Assembly (NCBI GenBank): GCA_035541455.1
Contig: DATKNH010000020.1
Span: 4,985-68,984, forward strand
Length of the DNA: 64,000 nt
Direction: 5' to 3'
Origin: Syntrophorhabdales bacterium
GTDB lineage: Bacteria; Desulfobacterota; Syntrophorhabdia; Syntrophorhabdales; WCHB1-27
Part shown: in pieces, positions 15,855-24,692 of the stretch
Layout: each line of letters starts with the position of its first letter
Position numbering within the stretch: position 1 is the stretch's first letter
Position numbers and translations under genes: made by a program
The notes under the pieces: model-generated
What the model saw: the letters and a program-made list of their open reading frames with translations, nothing else
What the model was told of the DNA's origin: nothing
Database searches by the model: none

Positions 15855-18550
15855 CGGAAAAGAATGTTCTCGTAGTGGGCGGCGGCATCGCAGGCATAAC
15901 TGCCGCGCTGGAGCTTGCCTCCTGCGGAATTAAAGTGACACTCCTGGAAGCTGGTCCGTCCATCGGCGGACGGATGATACAGCTTGACAAGACATTCCCC
16001 ACTCTTGACTGTTCTACGTGCACGCTTTCACCGAAAATGGTTGAGGTTTCGCTCAATCCCAACATCGAAATAATCTCGTGGGCGAAGCCTCTGGCTGTGG
16101 CAAAGGAAGGCGCAGGCTTCAAGGTTACTGTTCTCAAGAAGACGCGTTACGTTGATACCAAGAAGTGTACTGCCTGTGGTTCCTGCTGGCCGGCCTGTCC
16201 GGTGGTGATGAAAAGCGAGTTCAACATGGGCACAGGCCCGAGGAAAGCAATCTATATCCCTTTTCCGCAGGCCATACCCAACAAAGCAAGCATTGATAAA
16301 CGGGAAGAACGCCCGTGCAAGGCAGCGTGTGTGGACGCATGTCCTATACATACCAATGTGCTCGGGTATCTGAAGCATATAAGCGAGGGTCGGTTCGCCG
16401 ACGCATATATGCTTATCAGAGCGACAAACCCATTTCCATCCGTTTGCGGCCGGGTCTGCTATGCCCCGTGTGAAAGGGTGTGTAACAGGGGACAACTGGA
16501 TGATTCCCTGGCGATCCGCGACCTGAAACGCTTCGCAGTCGACCAGTTTGACATCAATTCGCTTGTTCTGCCACAGATTACGAAGACTGAAAAAAGAGTA
16601 GCCGTGATCGGTGCCGGACCGGCAGGATTGGCCTGTGCGGAAGCGCTTGCAGTGGAGGGGCACGAAGTGACCGTTTTTGAGGCGCTTCCTGAACCAGGAG
16701 GTATGTTACGGTACGCCATACCTGAATATAGACTTCCCAAGGAGGAATTGCGGAAAGAGATCGGCTATATCACGAAGCTTGGTGTTGAGATCCGATGCGG
16801 TGTTGAGGTCGGGAAGGATATAGCGCTCGAAACAATGAGAGATGAGTATGACGCGGTCTTTATAAGCACCGGCGCGCCCAGAGGGTTGCCTTTAGAGGTG
16901 GAAGGAGAAGATCTCGCCGGTGTTATTGATGGCATACGCTTTCTCCGTGCAGTAAATAGCGGAGATTCAATGAAAACAGGTAGCCGCGTGGCTGTTATCG
17001 GCGGCGGCAATACTGCCATCGACTGTGCAAGAACAGTCAGACGTCTCGGAAGCGAGTCGGTACAGCTCATATACAGGAGAACGCGGGATGAGATGCCCGC
17101 GGCCAAAGAAGAAATAGACGCCCTTCTTCATGAAGGCATAGATATAGCCTTTCTCACAACGCCGGTGCGGTTCTATGGAAAAGAAGGGAACCTTTCAGCC
17201 ATGGAGTGCATCCGAATGGAACTGGGAGATGCGGACGAAAGCGGAAGGAGACGACCGGTACCAGTCAAGGGCTCTGAGTTTACCACGCCTGTGGACACTG
17301 TTATCACAGCGCTGGGCCAGGTAACGCAGACAGGGTTTGCGCACGATGTCGGTGTCGTGCTGTCACCCAAAGGGACGATCGAGATTGATGCGTCCACGGG
17401 AATGACCAACGTGCAAGCAGTGTTTGCAGGCGGCGACGTGTGCACAGGGCCTGCCTACGTGGTTGATGCCATTGCAGCGGGTCAGCGAGCGGCTTTGTCG
17501 ATTACGCGCTACCTGAAGAACGAAGAGGTGGTCACACATAACGGAAGAATGAAAGAGCCGGAGAGGCTGACAGAGCCTGAAATAGCTGACCTGAAAGAGA
17601 GATTTCAGCGACTGGAGCGGGTCCCCATGCCCGAGGCGGAAACCGAAAAAAGAGTACGGACCTTTGGTGAAGTGGCGATCGGGTATAGCGCTCGAGAAGC
17701 CAGGGCCGAAGCCTCCCGTTGCCTCGCGGGCCAGATAGAAGGCTGCATACAGTGTGGAGAATGTGAGAGACGTTGTGAAGTCAAGGCCGTGGATCACACA
17801 ATGAAGGATGAGATCGCAGATATAACGTGTGACAGCATAGTGCTGGCTCCCGGGTTTGACCTGTACGATCCGACTGAAAAGAGAGAATACGGATACGGAA
17901 AGCTTCAAGGAGTTGTCACCGGGATCGAATTCGAGAGAATCTGTTCGGTTACCGGGCCGACCGGGGGAGACATTCTGTATAATGGAAAGATTCCAAAACG
18001 CTTCTACTTCATTCAATGTGTCGGCTCAAGAGATAGGCAGAGCGGAGCGCGTTTCTGCTCCAGGGTATGCTGCATGTACACGGCAAAGCATGCGAGCATC
18101 GTGAAAGACAGAATTAAAGATGCGAAGGTCTATATATCCTACATAGACGTGAGGGCTTACGGCAAGGGGTACGAAGAGTTTTACAAGAGCACCCAGGAGA
18201 GCGGCACGTTCTACATACGCGGCATACCCGGAGAAATAACGAAGAGTGAAAAGGGATTACTGGTGAAGGTGGAGGACATACTGAGCGGCGAGGTGGTCGA
18301 GACAGAAGTGGATCTTGTTGTGCTCGCGACGGGCGTAAGACCTCGCAAAGAGACAGAAGAGCTTTGCACTATGATGTCAATAGAACGCGACGATTACGGT
18401 TTCATTAAGATCGATTCGCTCCATGCCTCAAAGACGAATGAAGATGGCATCTTCGTATGCGGGATGGCGTCGGGCCCCAAGGACATTCCGGATACCGTTG
18501 CCTCTGCCGGAGAAGCTGCGGCAACGTGCATGGAATATATACAGGGGTAG
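15851..18550 (+). CDS. Large HdrA-like flavoprotein with an inserted GltD/NfnB-like NAD(P)H:FAD module (HdrL type)
   Basis: ATGA overlap with etfA. N-terminal Rossmann fold VLVVGGGIAGITAALELA and CTACGSCWPACP. A GltD-like block follows (..RFADAYMLIRATNPFPSVCGRVCYAPCERVCNRG.., VAVIGAGPAGLACAE, VAVIGGGNTAIDCA, FAGGDV). The HdrA signature then resumes (FIQCVGSRDRQSGARFCSRVCCMY). Confidence 0.85.
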   Translation: MTEKNVLVVGGGIAGITAALELASCGIKVTLLEAGPSIGGRMIQLDKTFPTLDCSTCTLSPKMVEVSLNPNIEIISWAKPLAVAKEGAGFKVTVLKKTRYVDTKKCTACGSCWPACPVVMKSEFNMGTGPRKAIYIPFPQAIPNKASIDKREERPCKAACVDACPIHTNVLGYLKHISEGRFADAYMLIRATNPFPSVCGRVCYAPCERVCNRGQLDDSLAIRDLKRFAVDQFDINSLVLPQITKTEKRVAVIGAGPAGLACAEALAVEGHEVTVFEALPEPGGMLRYAIPEYRLPKEELRKEIGYITKLGVEIRCGVEVGKDIALETMRDEYDAVFISTGAPRGLPLEVEGEDLAGVIDGIRFLRAVNSGDSMKTGSRVAVIGGGNTAIDCARTVRRLGSESVQLIYRRTRDEMPAAKEEIDALLHEGIDIAFLTTPVRFYGKEGNLSAMECIRMELGDADESGRRRPVPVKGSEFTTPVDTVITALGQVTQTGFAHDVGVVLSPKGTIEIDASTGMTNVQAVFAGGDVCTGPAYVVDAIAAGQRAALSITRYLKNEEVVTHNGRMKEPERLTEPEIADLKERFQRLERVPMPEAETEKRVRTFGEVAIGYSAREARAEASRCLAGQIEGCIQCGECERRCEVKAVDHTMKDEIADITCDSIVLAPGFDLYDPTEKREYGYGKLQGVVTGIEFERICSVTGPTGGDILYNGKIPKRFYFIQCVGSRDRQSGARFCSRVCCMYTAKHASIVKDRIKDAKVYISYIDVRAYGKGYEEFYKSTQESGTFYIRGIPGEITKSEKGLLVKVEDILSGEVVETEVDLVVLATGVRPRKETEELCTMMSIERDDYGFIKIDSLHASKTNEDGIFVCGMASGPKDIPDTVASAGEAAATCMEYIQG

Positions 18551-18566
18551 CGGAGATGAACCTAGA

Positions 18567-20240
18567 ATGAAGACGGGTATATTTATCTGCCACTGCGGTC
18601 ACAACATCAAGCACACCGTGGATGTCAGGAAATTGAGTGAATACTTCAACAAATATCCCGGGGTGACCGTCTCTGCGGATTATGTTTTTGTCTGTTCTGA
18701 GCCGGGGCAGGAGATGATCAGTGAAAGTATTAAAAGAGAAGGACTTGACCGCGTCATCATTGCGTCCTGCACGCCTTCACTCCATGGAGAAATGTTCAAG
18801 GATGTGCTGAAGAAATCCAATCTCAACCCTTTCCTCCTGAGGAGAGTGGGTATCAGGGAGCACTGCTCGTGGGTGGGAGATGATATTGAAAGGAATACTG
18901 AAAAGGCAAAGAGACTGATACTGGCAGGCCTCTATGCGGCGGCCCACTATGTTCCTCTTGAGGAGAAGATTGTTGATGTCACGAAGTCTGCGCTTATTAT
19001 AGGCGGCGGCGTGTCAGGGTTGAGCGCAGCCCTGTTCCTTTCAAAGGCGGGCATGCAGGTGTGCCTTGTGGAGAAGGAGGCCGAACTCGGCGGTCACGTG
19101 CGAAGCCTCAGGAATGTGTGGCCGGGAGGTAAGGAGGGTAGGGATATCATCGATGAAATGGCCGGTCAGTTGGCTACGAGGGATAACGTTGAGATATTCA
19201 CCTCCACGACGATTAAAAACTTCGAAGGTTTCTTCGGCAACTACCAGGTGACGCTCGAAACGTCTGATGGAGAGAAGAAACGCACTATAGGTGGCGTGAT
19301 TATAGCCATAGGATTCTCACCCTTCGATCCAGCCGTAAAACCCGAATTGAATTACGGGAAAGACAAGAGGATTATCACCACGATCGAGTTCGAGCGGGAC
19401 AGAGACACATTGCAGCTTCCGGACAAACCCAGGGTAGCAATACTCCATTGCGTAGGTTCTCGTGATGAACAGATTGGGAAGCCTTACTGCTCGAGGGTCT
19501 GCTGCGTCAACGCGTTGCGCGTGGGGGAGGCAGTTAAGGAGAAGTTTAAGGATTCCTACGTGGAGTCCTTTTACATGGACGTGAGGGCTCATCCCCGGGG
19601 AGGGGAAGAATACTTCGAGGATACCCAGGAAAAGGGCGTTCTCTTTACGCGTGCTAACGTGGCTGAAATAGTTCCGACGCCCGCCGGTCTGGTGGTACGA
19701 GGAGAGGATACGCTGTTTGGTGAATTCTTTGAGAGGGAGTTTGATCTTGCGGTGCTCTCCACAGGTATGTCTCATCCGCAAGACAGCAAGCGCATGGCAA
19801 GCCTTCTCAAGATAACCCTCGACAAGGATAAGTTCTTCATGGAGGCGCACATCAAGCTTCGTCCCTTTGACACGGCCCTGAAAGGGATCTTCATTGCGGG
19901 TTCATGCTCGGGCCCCAAAGACGTGGAAGAATCGATAAACCACGGAAGGGCTTCGGCCGTGAAGCTTTTCGGTTTTCTGAATCTCGGTTTTGCCTATGTC
20001 GACCCCTTCATCTCCTACGTCAATCCCAAGAGGTGCAGCGGGTGCAGGATGTGCGAACAGGCGTGTGTTGCAAAAGCCATAACATTTGACGAAACAAAAA
20101 GGGTTGTCCGTGTGGAGGAAGCAGCCTGTATGGGATGCGGACTCTGCAACGCCACCTGCCCCTCATCTGCAATAGAGCTCAGAGGATACATCGACCGTAT
20201 GATTGATGATGAGATTAGCGCTTTCTCGGAGGCGATATAA
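18567..20240 (+). CDS. hdrA: Heterodisulfide reductase subunit A-like flavoprotein
   Basis: The ATG at 18567 gives the typical HdrA N-terminus MKTGIFICHCGHNI. Rossmann fold LIIGGGVSGLSAA, LHCVGSRDEQIGKPYCSRVCC, and a C-terminal 2x[4Fe-4S] domain (CSGCRMCEQAC, CMGCGLCNATCP). The listed start at 18423 lies inside the previous gene. Confidence 0.85.
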   Translation: MKTGIFICHCGHNIKHTVDVRKLSEYFNKYPGVTVSADYVFVCSEPGQEMISESIKREGLDRVIIASCTPSLHGEMFKDVLKKSNLNPFLLRRVGIREHCSWVGDDIERNTEKAKRLILAGLYAAAHYVPLEEKIVDVTKSALIIGGGVSGLSAALFLSKAGMQVCLVEKEAELGGHVRSLRNVWPGGKEGRDIIDEMAGQLATRDNVEIFTSTTIKNFEGFFGNYQVTLETSDGEKKRTIGGVIIAIGFSPFDPAVKPELNYGKDKRIITTIEFERDRDTLQLPDKPRVAILHCVGSRDEQIGKPYCSRVCCVNALRVGEAVKEKFKDSYVESFYMDVRAHPRGGEEYFEDTQEKGVLFTRANVAEIVPTPAGLVVRGEDTLFGEFFEREFDLAVLSTGMSHPQDSKRMASLLKITLDKDKFFMEAHIKLRPFDTALKGIFIAGSCSGPKDVEESINHGRASAVKLFGFLNLGFAYVDPFISYVNPKRCSGCRMCEQACVAKAITFDETKRVVRVEEAACMGCGLCNATCPSSAIELRGYIDRMIDDEISAFSEAI

Positions 20241-20312
20241 GAACAGGGTCATGGGGCAGGGTTACGGGTCATGAAGAAAAGCCAAGGACTTTAATGAGAG
20301 AGGAAGGAAAGG

Positions 20313-20732
20313 ATGAGTGATCAATCGAGGCAGGATGACATTGAAATCGTAGGATTCGCCTGTTCGTATTGCTCGTTCAAGGCATCCGAGATGGCGGGAA
20401 GTCTGAGGCTGAAATATCCGGAAGGCGTAAAGGTGGTACAAGTCCCTTGTTCCAGCAGGGTCGACCCGGCGTTTGTTCTCAAGGCCCTCTTTGAGGGCGT
20501 GGACGGGGTATTTGTCGCGGGCTGTCATCCCGGAGACTGCCATTTCATTAAAGGCAACTATTACACGAGAAGAAAGATGGCCGCGATGAAGGAGATGCTC
20601 GATGCGTTTTCCATGAAAGAAAAATTGCGGCTCTTTTGGGTAAGCGCTGCTGAGGCACGCCGCTTCGTTGAAAAGGTTGAAGGCATGTACAAAGAGTTGA
20701 AGGACAGCAGACATGAAGGCAAAAAAAACTGA
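20313..20732 (+). CDS. mvhD: MvhD/FlpD-like [2Fe-2S] electron-transfer subunit
   Basis: IVGFACSYCSFKA..VPCSSRVDPAFVLKALFEGVDGVFVAGCHPGDCHF is the classic MvhD pattern. GGAAGGAAAGG RBS. Confidence 0.9.
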   Translation: MSDQSRQDDIEIVGFACSYCSFKASEMAGSLRLKYPEGVKVVQVPCSSRVDPAFVLKALFEGVDGVFVAGCHPGDCHFIKGNYYTRRKMAAMKEMLDAFSMKEKLRLFWVSAAEARRFVEKVEGMYKELKDSRHEGKKN

Positions 20733-21720
20733 TAAAACCGCCATCAGGTACGCGGCTATTTCCTTCCTGAAGGAGGAGCGACGCCTTGTCTTCGGCTTCG
20801 AAGAGGCGGGCGAGACGATCCGGCATCGTGTTTTCCGGAGGGGTTCGGGCTCTCTTGCTCTTGCTAATCCCTACTTTGACGTAAATGGAGCATTGCACCT
20901 GAGGCGGTTCTTCTCTAAAGACGCCAAAGTACTCATGCTGCTGCGCCCATGCGAGGTGAGGGCCTACGTGGAGCTTTCAAAGCTGATGCAGATCGAACGC
21001 GAAAGCGTGATTGCGGTGTCGTTAGATTGCTTCGGGACTCTTTCCTCGAAGGAGGCAGAGCCTCTTCCGACAGAGCCCATCGATCTTAAGGCCGCCCTGG
21101 CTGCATCGGGCAAGCTGAGATACGCTTGCAAAGTATGCCGTGAGCCGAGAGCGGTAATAGGTGATGCGTCCATAAGGGTGGACAAGTCGGGTGCGCTGTG
21201 GGCATGTGCATTGACGCCCCGAGGCGAAGAGTTTATCTCCCTGGTCGAGGGGGAAGAGGCGGAAGTGGCAGAAGAATTTCTTGTCACGCCCCCGGCTGCC
21301 GGAGAGAAATTCCAATCGGACATGGAAGAATTTTCAAGGGACTTCGAGAAATGCATCATGTGCATGAACTGCAGGGACATGTGCCCGGTCTGTTATTGTG
21401 TCGACTGCGTTTTCCATGGCGACGAATATGTGCCCAAAGGTGACGCGTTCATTAACAAGATGTTGCGTCTGGGAGAGAGCTCTCTCCCAGCGGGCAAAGA
21501 ACTCTTCCACTTTATCAGGATGTATCATGTGTCTCAGACATGCGTCGGGTGCGGAGCATGTGAAGAGGCCTGTCCTCAGAAGATACCTCTCACAAAGTAT
21601 ATGAAGGGGACATCGGAGAGGCTGCAGAAAATCTTCTCCTATATGTCCGGCCGGAGCTTCGATGAGACCCTGCCGTATCTGACGTTTCTTGAGGATGAAC
21701 TGAAAGACGCGGACGACTGA
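20713..21720 (+). CDS. AsrA / sulfhydrogenase-beta (HydB)-like Fe-S protein
   Basis: CIMCMNCRDMCPVCYCVDC plus CVGCGACEEACP in the C-terminal half; N-terminal ..LLRPCEVRAYVEL.. This is family recognition from memory, and the start (20-nt overlap with mvhD) is uncertain. Confidence 0.65.
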   Translation: MKAKKTDKTAIRYAAISFLKEERRLVFGFEEAGETIRHRVFRRGSGSLALANPYFDVNGALHLRRFFSKDAKVLMLLRPCEVRAYVELSKLMQIERESVIAVSLDCFGTLSSKEAEPLPTEPIDLKAALAASGKLRYACKVCREPRAVIGDASIRVDKSGALWACALTPRGEEFISLVEGEEAEVAEEFLVTPPAAGEKFQSDMEEFSRDFEKCIMCMNCRDMCPVCYCVDCVFHGDEYVPKGDAFINKMLRLGESSLPAGKELFHFIRMYHVSQTCVGCGACEEACPQKIPLTKYMKGTSERLQKIFSYMSGRSFDETLPYLTFLEDELKDADD

Positions 21721-21735
21721 TGCCGGGATGGGAAG

Positions 21736-22254
21736 ATGCGAGTTAGCGAGGAAGGGATGACGATTGAAGACGTGGCTCGGCTTGCAGGGTACGAGCGTAA
21801 GGATTTTTCCGTTTGTCTCGGGTGTAAGATCTGCGGCTCGGTCTGCACTATCAATGATCTTTCCGTGGCAGCGAATCCTCAGGCGCTTCTTTTAAGCCTC
21901 TTTCTTCAGAAAGAGCTGAAAAACGATGATCCCGTTCTTCATTACTGTACCAACTGTTACAACTGCACCACTGCGTGCCCCTGGCATATAAGGATTCCGG
22001 AGATCGTCCGGGCGGTCAAAGGAAAGATGGGCATGGAAACGCCATTTGAAAAGGCCTTCAAATCTTCCGTAGGCATCTGGGGGAGAGTATACGAACCATA
22101 CGTTTTTCTGAAAGCTCTTTCCTTCCTCATCCGGGGAGGATACCTCGCGTATGTAATGCGATGGAAAGAGTATGTTACTTTTCACCTGCCGCACAAAGTC
22201 AGGAACATGGGCGATGCCTGGCAGAAGAGTGCCAGACAGAGGAAGGCGCGATGA
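21736..22254 (+). CDS. hdrC: Heterodisulfide reductase subunit C-like protein
   Basis: CLGCKICGSVCT and CTNCYNCTTACPWHIRIPEIV motifs. 172 aa. Confidence 0.8.
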   Translation: MRVSEEGMTIEDVARLAGYERKDFSVCLGCKICGSVCTINDLSVAANPQALLLSLFLQKELKNDDPVLHYCTNCYNCTTACPWHIRIPEIVRAVKGKMGMETPFEKAFKSSVGIWGRVYEPYVFLKALSFLIRGGYLAYVMRWKEYVTFHLPHKVRNMGDAWQKSARQRKAR

Positions 22255-22937
22255 GATACGCCTACTATCCAGGATGTTCTCTTACGGGCAGCGCACGGAA
22301 ACTTGACCGCGGTTTGAAGAAGGTTTTTACGAAACTGGGCCACGAGCTCTTGGAAATCCCTGACTGGAACTGTTGCGGTGCTTTTGAGTTCGGCGATAGA
22401 GGAACATTGGTAGAGTTGTCAAGGACAAACCTTGAAAAGAGCAGGGCATTGAATGCCGGAGAGGGTGTCGTTGCTCCGTGTCCCGCCTGTTATAAGAACC
22501 TGAGGGAGGCGCACAGCGGGAAGACGCAGGCGGTCTATCATCCCCTTGAGTTGTTGAGTGAAGAGGCAACCGGGTTGCTCAAGGTCGAGCAGGATCTGAA
22601 AGGGCAGGTCTTTACACCTTACTACGGCTGTCTGCTGATGCGTCCGGAGGAAACAGCCATAAGCAATAAAGAGGTGATAGAAACATTCATAACAAAGCTT
22701 GGCGGAGAGATTGATGGGACCAAGGTCAAAGCGAAATGTTGCGGAGGCAATCAATTCTTCATCAACAAGTGGGCTACCGAGAAGCTGTCGCATGCTGTCC
22801 TCGAGGGTTCCAGAGGCATAATCGTGCTCTTTTGCCCTCTCTGTCACATGGCGTTGACTTCCTTTTCAAAGAACAGGAAGATCATCTACTTCACAGACCT
22901 TTTACTCTTCGCAACAGGGGATAGAACAAGGCTATGA
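22251..22937 (+). CDS. hdrB: Heterodisulfide reductase subunit B-like protein (two compact CCG domains)
   Basis: The ATG at 22251 overlaps the hdrC stop (ATGA). MRYAYYPGCSL.., WNCCGA..CPACY, then YYGCLL..KCCGGN..CPLCH. Confidence 0.8.
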   Translation: MRYAYYPGCSLTGSARKLDRGLKKVFTKLGHELLEIPDWNCCGAFEFGDRGTLVELSRTNLEKSRALNAGEGVVAPCPACYKNLREAHSGKTQAVYHPLELLSEEATGLLKVEQDLKGQVFTPYYGCLLMRPEETAISNKEVIETFITKLGGEIDGTKVKAKCCGGNQFFINKWATEKLSHAVLEGSRGIIVLFCPLCHMALTSFSKNRKIIYFTDLLLFATGDRTRL

Positions 22938-24673
22938 CCATAGTCGTCATTGGAGGCGGTATCAGTGGAATCTCAGCGGCAAAAGTGCTCCTGAAGGCCG
23001 GCCACAAGGTAATCATTCTGGAACAGACTGATGCGCCGGGTGGTCTGATGGAAAAGATAGCCAACTGTCGCGTGGGCTTCAAAACCTTTTTTGCTGAGAT
23101 AGAGAGCCTCCCTGCACTCGAGGTGATCACAGGAAGCCGCATTGTCGATGTTGATAAGCTCTACGAGAAATCGCTCATCACATTGGATAGCGGCAGGTTA
23201 ATCGAGGCCGACGGGGTTATTATTGCGGCCGGTCTGGCCCCTTACGAGCCGAAGGAAAGAACGGGCAAGCGGATCCTGGCCAGCCTTGATTACGACCGCC
23301 TTATCGACCAGAGAAATGAGTCGCTGCCCGGTGACTTGAGAAAGGTGGCTTTCGTTCTCTGTGTGGGCTCCCGCTGCAGTGACTACCCGCTCTGTTCGGC
23401 CATGTGCTGCTCATACACGCTGCGGGAGATCAAGTGGACGTTTCAGAGAGGGATAACGCCGCAGATCACTGTTTTCTACAACGACCTGAGATTCTTCGGC
23501 CAGGAGTTCTACCTGGAAAAACTCTACCGGGATATGGGCGTTTCATTTGTCCGCGCCAATTCACGCTACTTCGAAGAGGATGATGATGGAGTAACCTTGC
23601 GGTACTTCAACGGCGGTCATCTCAGCGAAAAACGCTTCGATTATGTGGTGCTTGCCACGGGCCTGAGGCCGGGTGCTCACCTGCCTGAACTGAGCCAGTA
23701 TTTCGGCTTCTCCCTCAATGAATGGGGGTTTGTCAAGGAGTCGGCCCCGCTCGCCACTGATTCGAAGGGCGTGTACGTGTCCGGCGGAAGCCTGGAGCCG
23801 ATGAGCATCAAAGACGCGATCCTCACGGGCTACGGCGCAGCCGTGAGATGCATGATGGAATTGGATGACGGCAGGCGTGTTCCTGTGATGACGGCGCACA
23901 GGGAAGTGACGCCGGAAGTGCATGTCAAAGCGAAGAGCGACTCGTATCTGTTTTACCTCGGCACAGGGGACCCGCTTCTCCGAATGTTTTATGAGTTTTT
24001 TGCAGAAAAATTTCTTGTAGAAGCGCTCAAGCTCAAAAAGAAGAGGAAGGACGTCATCTTCGTTACAAGAAACCTTGTCACGCCCTCTTACACGGAGCTT
24101 CTTTACGAGGAGGCTCGCAGGGAGGGGATTGTGTTCATCCATCTGGAGGAAGACGAACGGATCGATACGTATGAAAACGGAGCGCGTATTGACGGACCCA
24201 AGGGAGAGACAAACATCGCGGCTGCGACAGTGGTGACGCTGGAGCAGTATGCTGAGCTTGTCCGGGATCGGGAGTTCCTCATTCAGTATCGGTCAGAGCC
24301 CCAGCTTCGCTGGTCACCAACAAAATGGGACAGGGAACGGTATCATGCGGGATTCATCCGATTCCCCAGGTCGGCGCGGTGGGAAGAGAGGGAAGCGCTT
24401 GGCGCACTGGGCGAGTTTCTTATCGAGAAGGATGCGGAGCGTACGCTGCCGGACATCGACGAGGAACGCTGCAGCGGCTGCGGTTCATGTGGCGATTCCT
24501 GCCCTGCGAAAGCAATATCGGTGGAGCTTAAAGAAAAACAGATCTCTATTTTTGGTCCGCTCGGCTCTTCTGCTGTGCCTGTTGCCACGGTTAAGAAAGA
24601 ACTCTGTCTAGGCTGCGGTCTTTGCGCATCGACCTGTCCCTCTGACGTGATCGGTTTCAAGGAAGCCTCCTGA
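22934..24673 (+). CDS. Third HdrA-like FAD oxidoreductase with a C-terminal 2x[4Fe-4S] domain
   Basis: ATGA overlap with hdrB. MTIVVIGGGISGISAAKVLL, LCVGSRCSDYPLCSAMCCSY, CSGCGSCGDSCP, CLGCGLCASTCP. It lacks the CHCGxN N-terminal domain. Confidence 0.8.
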   Translation: MTIVVIGGGISGISAAKVLLKAGHKVIILEQTDAPGGLMEKIANCRVGFKTFFAEIESLPALEVITGSRIVDVDKLYEKSLITLDSGRLIEADGVIIAAGLAPYEPKERTGKRILASLDYDRLIDQRNESLPGDLRKVAFVLCVGSRCSDYPLCSAMCCSYTLREIKWTFQRGITPQITVFYNDLRFFGQEFYLEKLYRDMGVSFVRANSRYFEEDDDGVTLRYFNGGHLSEKRFDYVVLATGLRPGAHLPELSQYFGFSLNEWGFVKESAPLATDSKGVYVSGGSLEPMSIKDAILTGYGAAVRCMMELDDGRRVPVMTAHREVTPEVHVKAKSDSYLFYLGTGDPLLRMFYEFFAEKFLVEALKLKKKRKDVIFVTRNLVTPSYTELLYEEARREGIVFIHLEEDERIDTYENGARIDGPKGETNIAAATVVTLEQYAELVRDREFLIQYRSEPQLRWSPTKWDRERYHAGFIRFPRSARWEEREALGALGEFLIEKDAERTLPDIDEERCSGCGSCGDSCPAKAISVELKEKQISIFGPLGSSAVPVATVKKELCLGCGLCASTCPSDVIGFKEAS

Positions 24674-24692
24674 TTGCACGCCGCCTGCCACC

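Noticed and set aside
15851-24673. Possible selenocysteine (in-frame TGA) in the HdrA/MvhD genes, as occurs in some anaerobes.
   Set aside because: All three HdrA-like ORFs and mvhD are continuous in the six-frame track with Cys at the relevant motif positions. No split ORFs or in-frame TGA junctions were seen.
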